A stretch of DNA of 64,000 nt from an uncultured Planctomycetaceae bacterium (GTDB taxonomy: Bacteria; Planctomycetota; Planctomycetia; Planctomycetales; Planctomycetaceae), in assembly GCA_963813715.1 (NCBI GenBank), contig CAWFAK010000005.1, positions 1,440,001 to 1,504,000 of the forward strand. The letters run 5' to 3'. Shown here piece after piece: positions 11,551 to 22,500 of the stretch; positions within the stretch are counted from its first letter, which is position 1; the number at the start of each line of letters is the position of its first letter. A program made the position numbers and the translations under genes. The notes under the pieces were generated by a model. It searched no databases. It saw only the letters and a list, made by a program, of their open reading frames with translations, and was not told the DNA's origin.

Positions 11551-11826
11551 ATGATCGCCAAGAAACTGCTGGTCGCCGGAATCGTTGGAACCGCCATGAT
11601 GTTCACCGCCAACGCGAAGACCGCGACGGCCGCCCCGCCGCACGTCCGCGTGGTGGGCCGCCCGGTGGTGGTGGGCGGATATTGGAACCGCCCGTACTAC
11701 TACAGCTATCCGACCGTGTATGTGCCGCCCACGCCGGTCGTGTCGACCGTTTATGATTGCGGCCCATACTGGAACACGGGCGTCTACGTCGGCGCACCGC
11801 GCATCGGAGTCCGCATCGGACGGTAA
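11551..11826 (+). CDS. Small secreted Tyr/Pro/Gly-rich protein
   Basis: AAGGA RBS; signal peptide MIAKKLLVAG...ATA; YYYSYPTVYVPP core. Confidence 0.65.
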   Translation: MIAKKLLVAGIVGTAMMFTANAKTATAAPPHVRVVGRPVVVGGYWNRPYYYSYPTVYVPPTPVVSTVYDCGPYWNTGVYVGAPRIGVRIGR

Positions 11827-11980
11827 TTGACCGCGTGCCCGGCTCATCGCCAGATGAGAGACACGTCTGCCGTCTGGCGATGAAATCCGCAGCACGTCAC
11901 CTGGGCCGTTCACGCCCCGCTCGCTCCCTCGATCGAGAGCGGCTGACCCATCGGGCATCTGGGTCTCCATTGCCCGCGGA

Positions 11981-13545
11981 TCAGCCGCTTTCTCCGGTTC
12001 TGGACGAGAGTGAATCGCGCGAGCCGATTCGCAAGAGCAGCCGAGCGAGCGGGGCGACAGGCAGATCGGGTTGAACGATCCGCTCCGCTCGACCGAGTTG
12101 GCGGAGCACGTTTTCCGCTGCCAGGAAGCCGCTCCGCACGGCCCCTTCCATCGTCGAGGGCCAGCCCGTCCGCGTCCAATCGCCGGCCAGTTGCACGTTG
12201 GGCAGCGGCGACTGCTGGGCCGGACGGCAATTCTCCGCTCCCGGCCGCACGGAAAAAACGGCACGGTGCTCCGTGAGCAGCCGCCCGTGCAACAGTTTCG
12301 CCTGTCCCGTCTGCGGAAAAACGTCGACGAGTTCGCGCACCACCTCGGCAATCACGTCTTGCTGGCTGGCCGACGCGATGTTGCGGCTCGCGCTGATGAT
12401 CACCTGGTAGTTGTGGCCGCGCGGCTCGACGGGCGGTGCCGCGGCGGAGAGCTGCACGCCGGCCGCGGCGTCTGCGTGCAGCACGTCTCGATTGAAGATC
12501 CATTGGCTGAGCCGATCGATCAGCACGGCGTGCGGAAGCTCGGCCGGACCGGACGAATTAGGATCGTTGCTCGTTCGCGCTCCGGACGGAATCAGGATCG
12601 GCCGGTCGAACCAGAGGTGGACGCTCGAGATCGGCGCGGTTTCCAGTTCGCGCACGTGGGCAACGTCCGGATGTGCGGCACATTCGGGTGGGAGCAAATC
12701 GAGCACGAGCCAGTGCGGCACGGCCACAACCACGTGGTCCGCCGGGATCGTCTCGCCGGAACGGAGGACGACCCCGGCCGCGCGGCCGTCCGCGATCACC
12801 AGATGAGAAACGCCGGCCTGCAACCGCACGCTGGCCGCACGCTCCGCCAACCAGCTCGTCAGCCTTGCGCCGTAGAGCGTATCGAGGGGCACGGTTGGAA
12901 TCTGGACTTCCCATCCGTGGCGGTTGGCGAGAAACCCGTCGACAAAGACCTTCCGCGCCTGGCGACGTCGATCCGCTCGAGAGTCTCGCTCAACGAGCTG
13001 ACGAGCACGGGCGTCCAAAAGCGATCGATGGCAGCCTGGGTTTGTCGATGCCGAGCCAGCCACGCGGCAAAATGTTCTTCGTGCGAGGGGGCACCGTGCT
13101 TGCCCGGGGCGCGGGCAAGCGCCCGCATTCCGCGGCCGATCGCCAACAGGTCACGCACGGACAAATAACTGGTGTGGGCAAACGCCGTCGCCAGATGCAG
13201 GGGAGCGGGCAGCGCGCCGGCCGCCAACCGGTTGACGACGCGGTCGCGCCCAATGAAATAAAGCGCGCGCTCCGTCCGAAAAAGATCGGAGAGCCCGAGC
13301 GTGCGACAAAAGTGTTGAAAATTGGTGCAACAGCCCAGGCTGACGTGCTGGCAATTGTCGATCTGCGTGCCCGTCGCTTTATCGACGAACGAGCTGGCCC
13401 GACCGCCCAAGCGGGGCCGCGACTCGAGCACCGTCACGCTCACTCCGCGGTCGGCGAGCGTCACCGCGGCCGCTAGGCCGGCCAGACCGCCGCCCACAAT
13501 CACGGTGCGCGGCGCGGCGGACGCGCGGGGGGCCGTCGCAGTCAA
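11981..13545 (-). CDS. hpnE: Hydroxysqualene dehydroxylase (squalene-associated FAD-dependent desaturase), frameshift ~12965
   Basis: IVGGGLAGLAAA, LGGRASSF, IDNCQHV, LAGDWTRTGWPSTMEGAVRSG across two frames. Confidence 0.85.
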
Positions 13546-14599
13546 GCGGGCGTCACCACGATTGGCTCGGCGAGCGTCGGCTGTGTCAGGGCGACGCGAT
13601 TGACAAGCGTCGGCGAAAAGCCGGGCGCCTCGACGTGGATTTCATCATCCGCCGCGAACTTCCAATCGCGCGTGCCGAAGCTGAGCCGGCTCGTGCCGAA
13701 AAAGTGCAGATGCACGTCGCCCGGCCGGCGGTGCTGCGGATATTTGAAGTGATGGTCCTCCAGATTGCCGAGCGCGTGACACATGAATTGCTCGCCGCTT
13801 TTCAGTTCGCCGCTGTCGTAGATGGTGCGACCGCCGCGGCGAACCGAACAGCGCAGCGTGATTTCCTGAAAATCCGTGGACGTGTTGAGCGTCGGGCCAA
13901 CGGCACAAGTGCAGCAACTTCGACGGGGCCAGGTGCAGATAGCTGATCTTTTCGGTCGCATGGTCCGACCACTCGTTGCCCAGTGCAAACCCCAGCCGCC
14001 GCGGACGGCCCTGCGGATCGATCACGTAACACCCGACGATTTCCGGCTCTTCGCCCCCGTCGAGGGCAAACGAGGGAATTTCCAGGGCCTGGCGATGGGC
14101 CCGCAGGATGCCGCCATCTCCTTTGTAGAACCATTCCGGCGCTTCGCCACGCGCGCCGGCGGCCGGCTTGCCCCCGGCCAGGCCACGGGCAAACATCCGA
14201 GCCGAATCGGTCGCGGGGATGTCGGTCTGTGTTGCTTGGGCATTGGGCGTGCGGTGCATTTCGTCGCGCGACTGCATGCTTCCCAGATGGCTCAGCCCGG
14301 TTCCGCTCACCAGGACATGATGGGGATCCGGATGGTCCAACGGACAGCAGAGGCGCGGCTGCATTGCCGCCCCCCTCGCTCTGCCAAAGAGCGTCCCATT
14401 CGATGGTCGCGGCACGTCCGGAGTCGATGACCGATCCCACGAACGACTCGAGCGGTTGATCGAGCCGGCAGGCCGCGGCGAAGACCTCGACGAGGTATCG
14501 CAAATCGTGCCGCAAGCTCGTGACGTCGTGCACCGCGTCGCGTTCGAGCACGCCCACGCGGCGGCCGATTCCCGGAATCTCAAACTGAACGAGCTGCAC
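13542..14599 (-). CDS. Fumarylacetoacetate-hydrolase family protein (AraD1/GguC-like), two apparent frameshifts
   Basis: MQLVQF start; PLDHPDP..VSGTGLSHLGS, PEWFYKG, EEPEIVG, GNEWSDH; C-terminal HFKYPQHRRPGDVHLHFFGT. Confidence 0.8.
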
Positions 14600-14790
14600 G
14601 CGGCAATCCCCGACGAGAGGTCACAGACCGAACCGGTGCAGTATAGAGGCCGGCCGGGGAGTGATCTAGAAATCGCACCGCCAAACGGTCTTACGATGTC
14701 GGGAAAACAAAAGACGCTCTCCACGAAATCGGAGAGCGTCTTTCGTACGTCAGGTGAAAAACCAGTCGGGCACAAGCCTGCCCAGCGCAG

Positions 14791-15099
14791 TCAGTGGGCG
14801 GATGCGCTGGCAAAGCCTCCGGTGATCGTGCTGCCGCTGACCCCCACGGTGGCGCTAAAGGCGTGGTGGGCGCCGACTGAAAACGGGCTGCCGATGCTGA
14901 GGATGTTCGTGCCGGTCGAAAAGCTGAACGTGATGGCGATCGATTGGCCGCGAACCTGCATTCCTTCGCGGTCCGGGAGGACCTTCATACCGGCCAGGCC
15001 CATGCGGGACAGGCTCTGTTGGGAAACCTGCCCGTCACCGGCGACTGCCGGCGCAGCCGCGAACGCGAGAACACAAGCCAAGGGAATGAAACGCCTCAT
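14791..15099 (-). CDS. Small secreted precursor, paralog A (signal + pro-region ending QVRG + G/S/A/F core)
   Basis: MRRFIPL...APAVA-GDGQVSQQSLSRMGLAGMKVLPDREGMQVRG; GGAG RBS; clearly homologous to the next two genes. Confidence 0.8.
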   Translation of the reverse strand: MRRFIPLACVLAFAAAPAVAGDGQVSQQSLSRMGLAGMKVLPDREGMQVRGQSIAITFSFSTGTNILSIGSPFSVGAHHAFSATVGVSGSTITGGFASASAH

Positions 15100-15372
15100 G
15101 GCAAATTCTCCGTACAAGTTGGCGAATCACAATCAAACGCGGGAGCCGAGCCGGCTCCGAGAAAGCGTTTGTCTGCATCCATTCGAATTGCCCGCGCCCG
15201 ATCAAGGCACGGGGGCGGCGCCGCTGCTCGCCCTCGTCTTCATGAGAGTGGGCAACCGAACGCGCCGTGCCGGCACTCTAGTAGGCCCTGGGGCCGGCCG
15301 TCAAATGGCGAAGCATTGTTGGATGAGCTGAGCGGTGCTGTCGGACGAAAAAACGTCCGTCCGCACAGGCGC

Positions 15373-15405
15373 AAAAAAACGCCCCGTCCTGTTGAGAACG
15401 AGGCG
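15373..15405 (-). terminator. Probable terminator of paralog B
   Basis: Imperfect GC hairpin next to an A7 run on the + strand (U tract on -). Confidence 0.55.
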
Positions 15406-15500
15406 CCTTTTATGCGGAGAAAACTCGCGACCTTCGGAGAGGTCGCTCGATTTCCGCGAGCCCGGCCGTCAGCTGACCGACCGGACGCGAGAGACCGAAA

Positions 15501-15863
15501 TTACTTGGCCGTCGCGCTCGACGAACCGCCAGCGGCGACGCCGACGACGATGATACCGTGGTTGGTGGCAACGCCGCCGACCGCGAAGCTGACGTTGTTG
15601 CCGCTCGCGCTCTTGCTACCGGCCGCGAAGTAGGTGTTGACCGAAGCGGCGCCGCCGCCGGGAACGCCGAGGAAGGCGATGCTGCCGCCAGCCGCGACGG
15701 CGATCGACAGACCGCGAATCTGCGAACCCTGGGCGTCGGTCATGGTCTGCATGCCCGAGAGACCCATCTTGGCCAAGCTCTGGCTGGAAACGTGACCGTC
15801 GCCGGCCATGGCCGGAGCGGCCGACAGAACGAGAACCGACGCGAGCGAAAGGAGAGTCTTCAT
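15501..15863 (-). CDS. Small secreted precursor, paralog B
   Basis: MKTLLSL...APAMA-GDGHVSSQSLAKMGLSGMQTMTDAQGSQIRG-LSIAVAAGGSIA...AGGSSSATAK. Confidence 0.85.
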   Translation of the reverse strand: MKTLLSLASVLVLSAAPAMAGDGHVSSQSLAKMGLSGMQTMTDAQGSQIRGLSIAVAAGGSIAFLGVPGGGAASVNTYFAAGSKSASGNNVSFAVGGVATNHGIIVVGVAAGGSSSATAK

Positions 15864-16084
15864 TTGCCTGTGCCTCGAGAAAAAGGACAAATTAAGCGCA
15901 CCTTTGCCGGACAAACCCCTGACGTTGAAATGGCCCGTCCAGACAAAACAGAAGCCACAAACTACCCAGCTTTACTTATCGCTGTCAATCATCTAATCGG
16001 AAAAATCGCTACAAAACGACAAAGCTGCATAAGCTGGAGTAGGTAGGCATACTGATTGCTGGTCGGTGGGCGACCACCACTGAT

Positions 16085-16129
16085 AAAAAAAAACACGCCT
16101 CGTCGCAGAATTGCGGCGAAGCGTGTTTT
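16085..16129 (-). terminator. Probable terminator of paralog C
   Basis: AAAACACGC...GCGTGTTTT long hairpin with an A9 run on the + strand. Confidence 0.7.
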
Positions 16130-16228
16130 GGTGGGCACAGGCTCGATGCGCCGTGGGAGCCCGTTTTCAGATTCGCTCACGGCGGATCGTTGGTTTGAGT
16201 CGTCAGGTCTCAAACCGTTGAGGCTAAA

Positions 16229-16603
16229 CTACTTAGCGGACGCCTGCGAGGCTCCGCCGGCGACGACGAAGTTGGTCGTCGTCATCACGTGGTTGCCGTA
16301 GGTCTTGACCGTGCCGTCGGCCGCGCCGCTGATGTTCGAACCTTCGGCCGACTTGTGGCCAGCGGCGAAGTAGGTGTTGAACGACGAGGCGCTGCCGCCG
16401 TCGCCGTGGATCGTGGCGATGCTGCCACCGGCAACCACGGCGACCGACAGGCCGCGGACCTGCATGCCCTGGGCGTCGTTCATGTTCTGCAGGCCGGCGA
16501 GGCCCATGTTGGCCAGCGACTTGCTCGAAACGTGACCTTCGCCAGCGAAGGCCGGAACAGCCGAGAGGGCGACGATGGCGGCGATTGCGTACAGGCTCTT
16601 CAT
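16229..16603 (-). CDS. Small secreted precursor, paralog C
   Basis: MKSLYAI...VPAFA-GEGHVSSKSLANMGLAGLQNMNDAQGMQVRG-LSVAVVAGGSIA...AGGASQASAK; GGAG RBS. Confidence 0.85.
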   Translation of the reverse strand: MKSLYAIAAIVALSAVPAFAGEGHVSSKSLANMGLAGLQNMNDAQGMQVRGLSVAVVAGGSIATIHGDGGSASSFNTYFAAGHKSAEGSNISGAADGTVKTYGNHVMTTTNFVVAGGASQASAK

Positions 16604-16958
16604 CTCAAACTTCTCCACATTGTTTCAAAAGGGTGCGGAACTGGGATGCACAACAGACTGGATTGATGACTTTGGCTGCAGCGGCTGAGCAACATCCATT
16701 GCTCACATGGTCCCACTCTAAAGCCGGGTGGAGAGCTCGGTCAATTGCCTAGTTTATGTATTTTCTCTATTTTCACATATGCCGCTTGCCAGAGGCGACA
16801 GCATGAGCTACGGCGCATCTGCGCGTTGGTTGCGGGCGGGAAACATCACGAAATGACGCGACGGCGATCCAGCGCAAGTGCCTTTCAGAACGCCGATTAG
16901 CGTGACGATTACCGCCGAGGGAAGCAGTCCCGAGATAGGGGACGGCCTCACTCCGGGG

Positions 16959-17819
16959 TCAGCGCGCGTGCTGTCGGAAGAAGGCCCAAAGCAACTCGTT
17001 GGCCGATATTCCGGTCGCGGACGGGCCGAGATAGGTCCCCGAGGGGATTCGACCCGGCCACGTGTGTCCGCCGCCGTGGATCGTGTAAAGAACGACCTCG
17101 CTCGCGGAGTCTCCTGGCCCCCAGACGCTCTTTTCCACGGGAAAGCCGCCAGTTTCCTCGGCCCCGATCGTGGATTCCTGGGGCCTTTCCGGGCAGCCGT
17201 TGGCCGCCACCCACCAACGCACCGAGTCGGCGGCGGAGCGAAAGACGATCGTCGTCAGGCTTTTGGGGCCGAGACCACCCGCATAGGGGGTGAATTCGTC
17301 GGCCGTGCCGTGAAAGTGCAGGATCGACACCGGCCGCGTCAGTCGGCAGCCGTCCGTTCCCATCGGCCCGGCAATCGAGGCAATCGCCGCAATTCGTTCG
17401 GAGAGCTCCAACGCCAATCGATAGGCGAGCATTCCCCCGTTCGACATACCGGTCGCAAACACGCGGTTGGGGTCGATTTCCGCCAGGCCCGCCAGATCAT
17501 CCAGGAGGGCCGCCACGAAGCCCACGTCGTCGACGTTGTCGCGCAGCGCGTCGCCGCAGCAGTTGCCGGCATTCCACGTGAGCAGGTTCGGATTGCGGCC
17601 CGTGCCGCTGGGGTAGACGGCCAGAAACCCATATCGGTCGGCCGTCTCGTTCAGACCGCAGAACCGGGCCATCGTCCTGGCGTTGGTGGCGCCGCCATGA
17701 AAGACCAGCACGACGGGGACAGGTTGGGCGGGGTCGAAGCTGGGGGGAACGTGGATCAGGTACGTCCGTGTGCGCTCGCCGCAGGGGAGCGAGCATCGAT
17801 GGTCGCCGGGTGAAAGCAT
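16959..17819 (-). CDS. Alpha/beta hydrolase, PHB depolymerase/LpqC-like esterase
   Basis: VLVFHGG, WNAGNCCG, nucleophile GMSNGG, HGTAD, GGGHTWPG. Confidence 0.88.
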   Translation of the reverse strand: MLSPGDHRCSLPCGERTRTYLIHVPPSFDPAQPVPVVLVFHGGATNARTMARFCGLNETADRYGFLAVYPSGTGRNPNLLTWNAGNCCGDALRDNVDDVGFVAALLDDLAGLAEIDPNRVFATGMSNGGMLAYRLALELSERIAAIASIAGPMGTDGCRLTRPVSILHFHGTADEFTPYAGGLGPKSLTTIVFRSAADSVRWWVAANGCPERPQESTIGAEETGGFPVEKSVWGPGDSASEVVLYTIHGGGHTWPGRIPSGTYLGPSATGISANELLWAFFRQHAR

Positions 17820-17828
17820 GGGGCGGGC

Positions 17829-19403
17829 TTACTGAACGACCTTGACGGCCGTCACGTCGTGGCCGTCGGCACTGCCCACGAAGTGGATGGCGACCCGCGA
17901 TTTTGCGTTCTGGTCGTAGATCCAGACTTCGCTCACCCGCCCGGATGCCACCACGCGGGTTCGCGAATCGGGGGCGCCAATCATTTTGCGGATCTGCTCC
18001 CGCGTCATGCCCGTGTAACGACCGGCTTCGGCTGCCTTCTGCACAGGGTCGGCCGGTAGCGCGGCTGCCTGGGCGGCCGTGAGCCATTGGCCGTTGACCC
18101 GCTTGTATCCGAGTCGTTCGAGCTGTCCGCCAACCTCCTTCATCTCCGGGGCGATCTTCGCCGCCTGCAGCAGGAGCCGGGCGGCCGACTCGTTGTCGTC
18201 CAGCAGCGACTGATATTCGTGGGCCGCCTGCACCAGGTCGCTGGGCCGCCCCTCCTTGGTCAAGCGGTCCTCCTTGACCTTCACCCAAGCACGTTTCGCG
18301 GCCGACGCTTTTTCCGGCTGCCCGCGGCGCTGGAACTGATCCGCCAGATTCAACAGCTCGTCCCGAGTGAGATGGGCCACATCCGCGAGCCGCTCGTCGA
18401 GCGCCCCGCCGCGGAGCGCTTCGGCATGGAGGTGCTGTTCCGGGATTTCGCGGTCGATGCGATCGGCCAGCTGCATCGGATCGCGATTGCGCTCCTTGGC
18501 CCACAATTCGAGATACGCCGAACGGACGTCGATCCAAAGCATGCGGTTGAGTAACAGCCGTTCATTCGCGGGCGCATTGCGATAAGTGGCAATCGGGTCG
18601 TGGGACCAGCGGTCGCGCAACGCCTCCTCCGGTCCGGTCAGCGGAACTTTGCAACCGCCGAGATTGTCATTGACGCGATTGGAAAGCGCTTCGAGATCTG
18701 CTGCCGTCGAATGTGCGCCGCGGAGCGACTGCCAGCGGCGGGTCAAAGACTCCTGCACGAACTGGACTCGCTCGTCTTCCGGTTGTCCGTATTGCGGATA
18801 TTTCTTGGCCAGAGCGAGGCGGCCGTCGAGATCATCCGCCGGCAGCAGCTTCTCTTCCCGGCGCAGCGCCTCGGCGTAGAGCCCCTGCGACTCGCGGGCC
18901 AGGGCCTCGTCGCCGTAGAAAGCGCCCCGAGCCGCCGCCCACTTTCCCAGCGCGTACCACTCCGCGGCGGGGGAGTTGATCAGCGAGTCTTTCCGCTCGC
19001 GCAGCGAATCTTCGTCCGAGGGGAGCGTGCGGAATTGCCGCACCACGAAGACCGGGCTCGCGGAGCGCATCTCGAAATGGCCGAACACTTCAAGATTGCG
19101 GCTATGGACGCTGCTGGTCTCGATGGGGAAGTGCTCGTCCTCCTTGTACCAGACAAAGTTGAGGTCCTGGCAGTTCAAAAACCGCAGCAGCGTGGGGGAG
19201 AAGACCGAATATCGTCCCTCAACCTTCATCGAGGCGCCGCTTTGGGCGTACGCCGTCCACAGCCCTTTCCTCTTGGCATTCATCAGCTCGGCGATCGAGA
19301 CGGCGTCGGCCCCGCGCACCGCGGACCCGCGCGAAAGCAGGCAGGCGGCTACGACCAGCACCCACCAGCAACGCGCGAAGCGAGATTGCGTTCTGAGGGT
19401 CAT
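17829..19403 (-). CDS. Secreted hypothetical protein, helical repeats and SmpA/OmlA-like C-terminus
   Basis: Signal peptide; long ORF coupled to its neighbours; GMTREQIRKMIGAPD...EVWIY. Confidence 0.7.
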   Translation of the reverse strand: MTLRTQSRFARCWWVLVVAACLLSRGSAVRGADAVSIAELMNAKRKGLWTAYAQSGASMKVEGRYSVFSPTLLRFLNCQDLNFVWYKEDEHFPIETSSVHSRNLEVFGHFEMRSASPVFVVRQFRTLPSDEDSLRERKDSLINSPAAEWYALGKWAAARGAFYGDEALARESQGLYAEALRREEKLLPADDLDGRLALAKKYPQYGQPEDERVQFVQESLTRRWQSLRGAHSTAADLEALSNRVNDNLGGCKVPLTGPEEALRDRWSHDPIATYRNAPANERLLLNRMLWIDVRSAYLELWAKERNRDPMQLADRIDREIPEQHLHAEALRGGALDERLADVAHLTRDELLNLADQFQRRGQPEKASAAKRAWVKVKEDRLTKEGRPSDLVQAAHEYQSLLDDNESAARLLLQAAKIAPEMKEVGGQLERLGYKRVNGQWLTAAQAAALPADPVQKAAEAGRYTGMTREQIRKMIGAPDSRTRVVASGRVSEVWIYDQNAKSRVAIHFVGSADGHDVTAVKVVQ

Positions 19404-20635
19404 GGTTTGACCCCTACGATTTCGGCCTGCTCCGCCAAAAGATGCGCCGTGTCGTCGTCGGTGCGGAGCGCGTCAGTACCGAGGCCCAGGGCCCGATACG
19501 TCTCGGCGCCCGCCCAGAGGAAGGCGGTCGAATCCTTGAGTCGCAGCACCCAGACCTTGCTTTTGGTCCCCTCTGCAGCAAATGAAACAAGTTGGCCGGA
19601 AAAAATCACGTGCTGCGGACCGGCGACGGCCGACGGCGGCGCGAGCACCTTGAGCCTGGCGTCCAAGATCACCGGCGCCCCGTCAATCGGGAACGGATAG
19701 CGGATGACTGGCTGCGTGACTCCGTCCGGCCCCGCATCCGAGACGACGTCGGCGTCGACGATGATCCAAGTTCCGGCATAGTCGCGGGCAAACTTCTCGC
19801 TCCATTGCGTGTCGCCGGCGGCCACGGCCGCGCGGGCCTCGTCGCACAGTTCGTACAGCGAAAGCGGCGCGAGATGGGCCATCGCGGTCAGCTCTTTGGC
19901 TTTCTGGCGTACGGCCTGCGACTCGGAATCGTCTCGGCCCAGAATGTCGACGGCCGCGGAGGCCTGTTGATATTCGGAGGCCGCCTCGGCGAATCTCTTG
20001 TCGCGGAAGGCCGCCTCGCCGGCCTCCAGATGGTCGTGCAGGGTCAGGGCGGCATTTTCTTTGACGTGCGAGTGCCAAATCAGATAGCCGGTCAGCAGAA
20101 CGACGCCGACGATCGCGCAGCCGACGATGCGGACGGGCGAGAACGTCGACCCCCGGAGGGTCGGCAGGCTCTCGGCGGATTCAATGCGAATCTCGCTGGA
20201 GGAGCCGGTTCCCACGGCAACCGCGGGGGGAGCCGACCTCGCCCCGGAAGACGGAGCCGGCTGCTGGGCAATTTCGGGCGCGGACCCGCCGGCGGCAAGA
20301 TGTCGACGTGCGGGACTGGCCGGAACGCCGCTCGGCAAGGCGGTGGGGTGCGGAGGGACGGCGTCGCGGCGGATCTCGGGAGCCGATTTGGGCGTCGCCT
20401 TCTTTTTCGGTTTGGGTCTGGGATAGACGTCCCGTGGCAGCACGAAGACATAGCTGCCGCACCGGTTGCACCGCACGACCTGAAAAGTGGGCAGACGCAT
20501 CCCGGACATGCGATGCGTGCAGCGGCAGGCGACTTCGTAGGGCTCGGGCTCGGGAGGCGGGCTGCGTCGCAGCGCCTCGGTCGCCTTGGCCAGCCAATTG
20601 ACCATGAGAATCCTTGCCGTCCGGTCGGAGCTCAA
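19400..20635 (-). CDS. Hypothetical single-pass membrane protein with N-terminal Cys cluster
   Basis: CRC...CNRCG, Pro-rich linker, one TM, TPR-like helix pair; overlaps the next start by 4 nt. Start may be ~20605. Confidence 0.7.
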   Translation of the reverse strand: MSSDRTARILMVNWLAKATEALRRSPPPEPEPYEVACRCTHRMSGMRLPTFQVVRCNRCGSYVFVLPRDVYPRPKPKKKATPKSAPEIRRDAVPPHPTALPSGVPASPARRHLAAGGSAPEIAQQPAPSSGARSAPPAVAVGTGSSSEIRIESAESLPTLRGSTFSPVRIVGCAIVGVVLLTGYLIWHSHVKENAALTLHDHLEAGEAAFRDKRFAEAASEYQQASAAVDILGRDDSESQAVRQKAKELTAMAHLAPLSLYELCDEARAAVAAGDTQWSEKFARDYAGTWIIVDADVVSDAGPDGVTQPVIRYPFPIDGAPVILDARLKVLAPPSAVAGPQHVIFSGQLVSFAAEGTKSKVWVLRLKDSTAFLWAGAETYRALGLGTDALRTDDDTAHLLAEQAEIVGVKP

Positions 20636-20800
20636 CGGCTCGACGGGATGATCACCTTTGCAGCGGCGAGCCTGTATGGCTCGACCGGGGCACTTTGATT
20701 ATTCAACTTGCGCAAAAGGCGGTCAACGTCCTTACGCGTGGAAGGCGCCCCTTGACCTTATCTTCGTCTCAAGGCGATTTGCGTCTGCCTGGATCCCGCA

Positions 20801-21163
20801 TCACAACGAATCCCAGCACATGACATCAATGACAAACCACAGATGGGCGATCAATAAGCCGACCAAATTCGCCGCGGCGAAAAGCACTCCGAGCAGCACA
20901 ACAACTGCCACACCGGCAGATGTTCTGCACCACGAGGCATTGGTTATCACGGCAAACGCCCACAAGCCAGCACCCGCGAGGAACCCCAAAAACATCGGGA
21001 CGGTGAGAACATTTTCGAGAACCGTCGACCTCGCGCCGCCTCGCGTTTCGGCTTCATACTCGATCAAAAAGGCAACCGCGGTCGGACCCCAAAAAAGAAG
21101 CAACGCTGTTAGATACCACCGGATTAGCGAAGCCTTCTTCGGTGCGTCTCCTCGCCGAAGCAA
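20801..21163 (-). CDS. Small orphan membrane protein (3 TM)
   Basis: Three hydrophobic segments; visibly more AT-rich than the flanks; start uncertain. Confidence 0.5.
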   Translation of the reverse strand: MLRRGDAPKKASLIRWYLTALLLFWGPTAVAFLIEYEAETRGGARSTVLENVLTVPMFLGFLAGAGLWAFAVITNASWCRTSAGVAVVVLLGVLFAAANLVGLLIAHLWFVIDVMCWDSL

Positions 21164-21243
21164 TGGAAGTTCGGGTTCCGCCAGTGGGACTCAGGCGAAA
21201 CACGCCGGCAAGGATAACGCGCGATTAGGTTTGCCCCGGCGGC

Positions 21244-22500
21244 TCAGGAGTAGGACGCGGGCGGGAAAATCTCGCCACCTCGGCCTTGTTGGATCAGCGG
21301 GATGTAGGTCTCGAGTTCCGCCGACGTCTTCGGGTCGGTCAGGTCGACCGTCGCGCGGCGCTCGGCCGACAGGTAAGCGGCCATCGTCAGCCGGGCGATC
21401 TCGACACCGTAATGCCAGTCCAAGAGTGGCGGCCGGCCGGAGAGCAGGGCGTCGCGGGCATCGACGTTTTCGTCCGTGTAGCCGTAGAGGTCGGGCTCGT
21501 TCGGCTGGACGGCGAGCAGGCCGCGGCTGGCCGTCGATTTTTCCAGGGCCGATTCGGAGTCGGCCACGCCGCGGGCCGCGTCGTCGCCCACGAACAGTTC
21601 CAGCGTCGAGCGGAGGGTATTCGCCTCGAACGCGTAGCCGGGACCGAGCCCGTCGAGAGACAGCCGCAGCCCTTGCTTGTCGTACATCCAAGACGACGTG
21701 AATTGAGCCTGCGACAGGCGACCCGTCTCGGGATTCTTGTAAGTCACCATCCCGGTGGCGAAGTCCTCGGCCGGCGTCTTTGCGTAATCGACATTGAATC
21801 GCTCGACGAGCTTTTTCCGCCACGCGGGCTGGCCCCACTTGAGGAGCGCGAGATTGGCCGAGACCGATTGCGGCTCGAGGAACGTGGGGGCCTTGCCGGG
21901 AGGCGTCAGGGCGTACCAGCCGACGGCCAGGCAGTGACAGCCCATGTCGCTCAAGACTCCGCCACCCTGCCGGGTCGGATCCCAGAACCAGGCGTTATGC
22001 GGTCCGGAGTGCTCTTCCCCCGAACGGACGAGGACCGGTGGCCCCATCGCCGCCATCACGGACGCCAGCTGCGTCCGGGTCGACTGCAGGGTCTTCATGT
22101 GCAGCTGGTTCTCAAAGTAGATATGCCGCAGCCCGGCGTCCTCGACGAGCTGGACCATCCGCCGCGCCTCGGCCAGGTTGCGGGCCAGCGGCTTCTCGCA
22201 GATCACCGCCTTCAGCGGACTGCCGGCTTTGACCGCCTCGACCACTTCTTGCACGTGCTCCAGCCGCGCGAAATTCGGCGCGAAGAGCGCAATCACATCG
22301 ACATGCAGTGCCATCTCGCGGATCGACGAATAGATCCGACCGGCACCGAGTCCCTGCGATTGAACAAGTTCCGCGAGCGCCGTGGGCGGCCGACGCGACA
22401 CCAGGCCGGCGACTTCAATCCCTCGCACCGCGGCCAGGGCCCGCAGCTGAAAGCCGGTAATGAAACCGCCGCCGACGATGCCGTAACGAATGGGGGACAT
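21244..22500 (-). CDS. Gfo/Idh/MocA family oxidoreductase
   Basis: YGIVGGGFI Rossmann start, ICEKPLA, GGGVLSDMGCH. Confidence 0.9.
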   Translation of the reverse strand: MSPIRYGIVGGGFITGFQLRALAAVRGIEVAGLVSRRPPTALAELVQSQGLGAGRIYSSIREMALHVDVIALFAPNFARLEHVQEVVEAVKAGSPLKAVICEKPLARNLAEARRMVQLVEDAGLRHIYFENQLHMKTLQSTRTQLASVMAAMGPPVLVRSGEEHSGPHNAWFWDPTRQGGGVLSDMGCHCLAVGWYALTPPGKAPTFLEPQSVSANLALLKWGQPAWRKKLVERFNVDYAKTPAEDFATGMVTYKNPETGRLSQAQFTSSWMYDKQGLRLSLDGLGPGYAFEANTLRSTLELFVGDDAARGVADSESALEKSTASRGLLAVQPNEPDLYGYTDENVDARDALLSGRPPLLDWHYGVEIARLTMAAYLSAERRATVDLTDPKTSAELETYIPLIQQGRGGEIFPPASYS

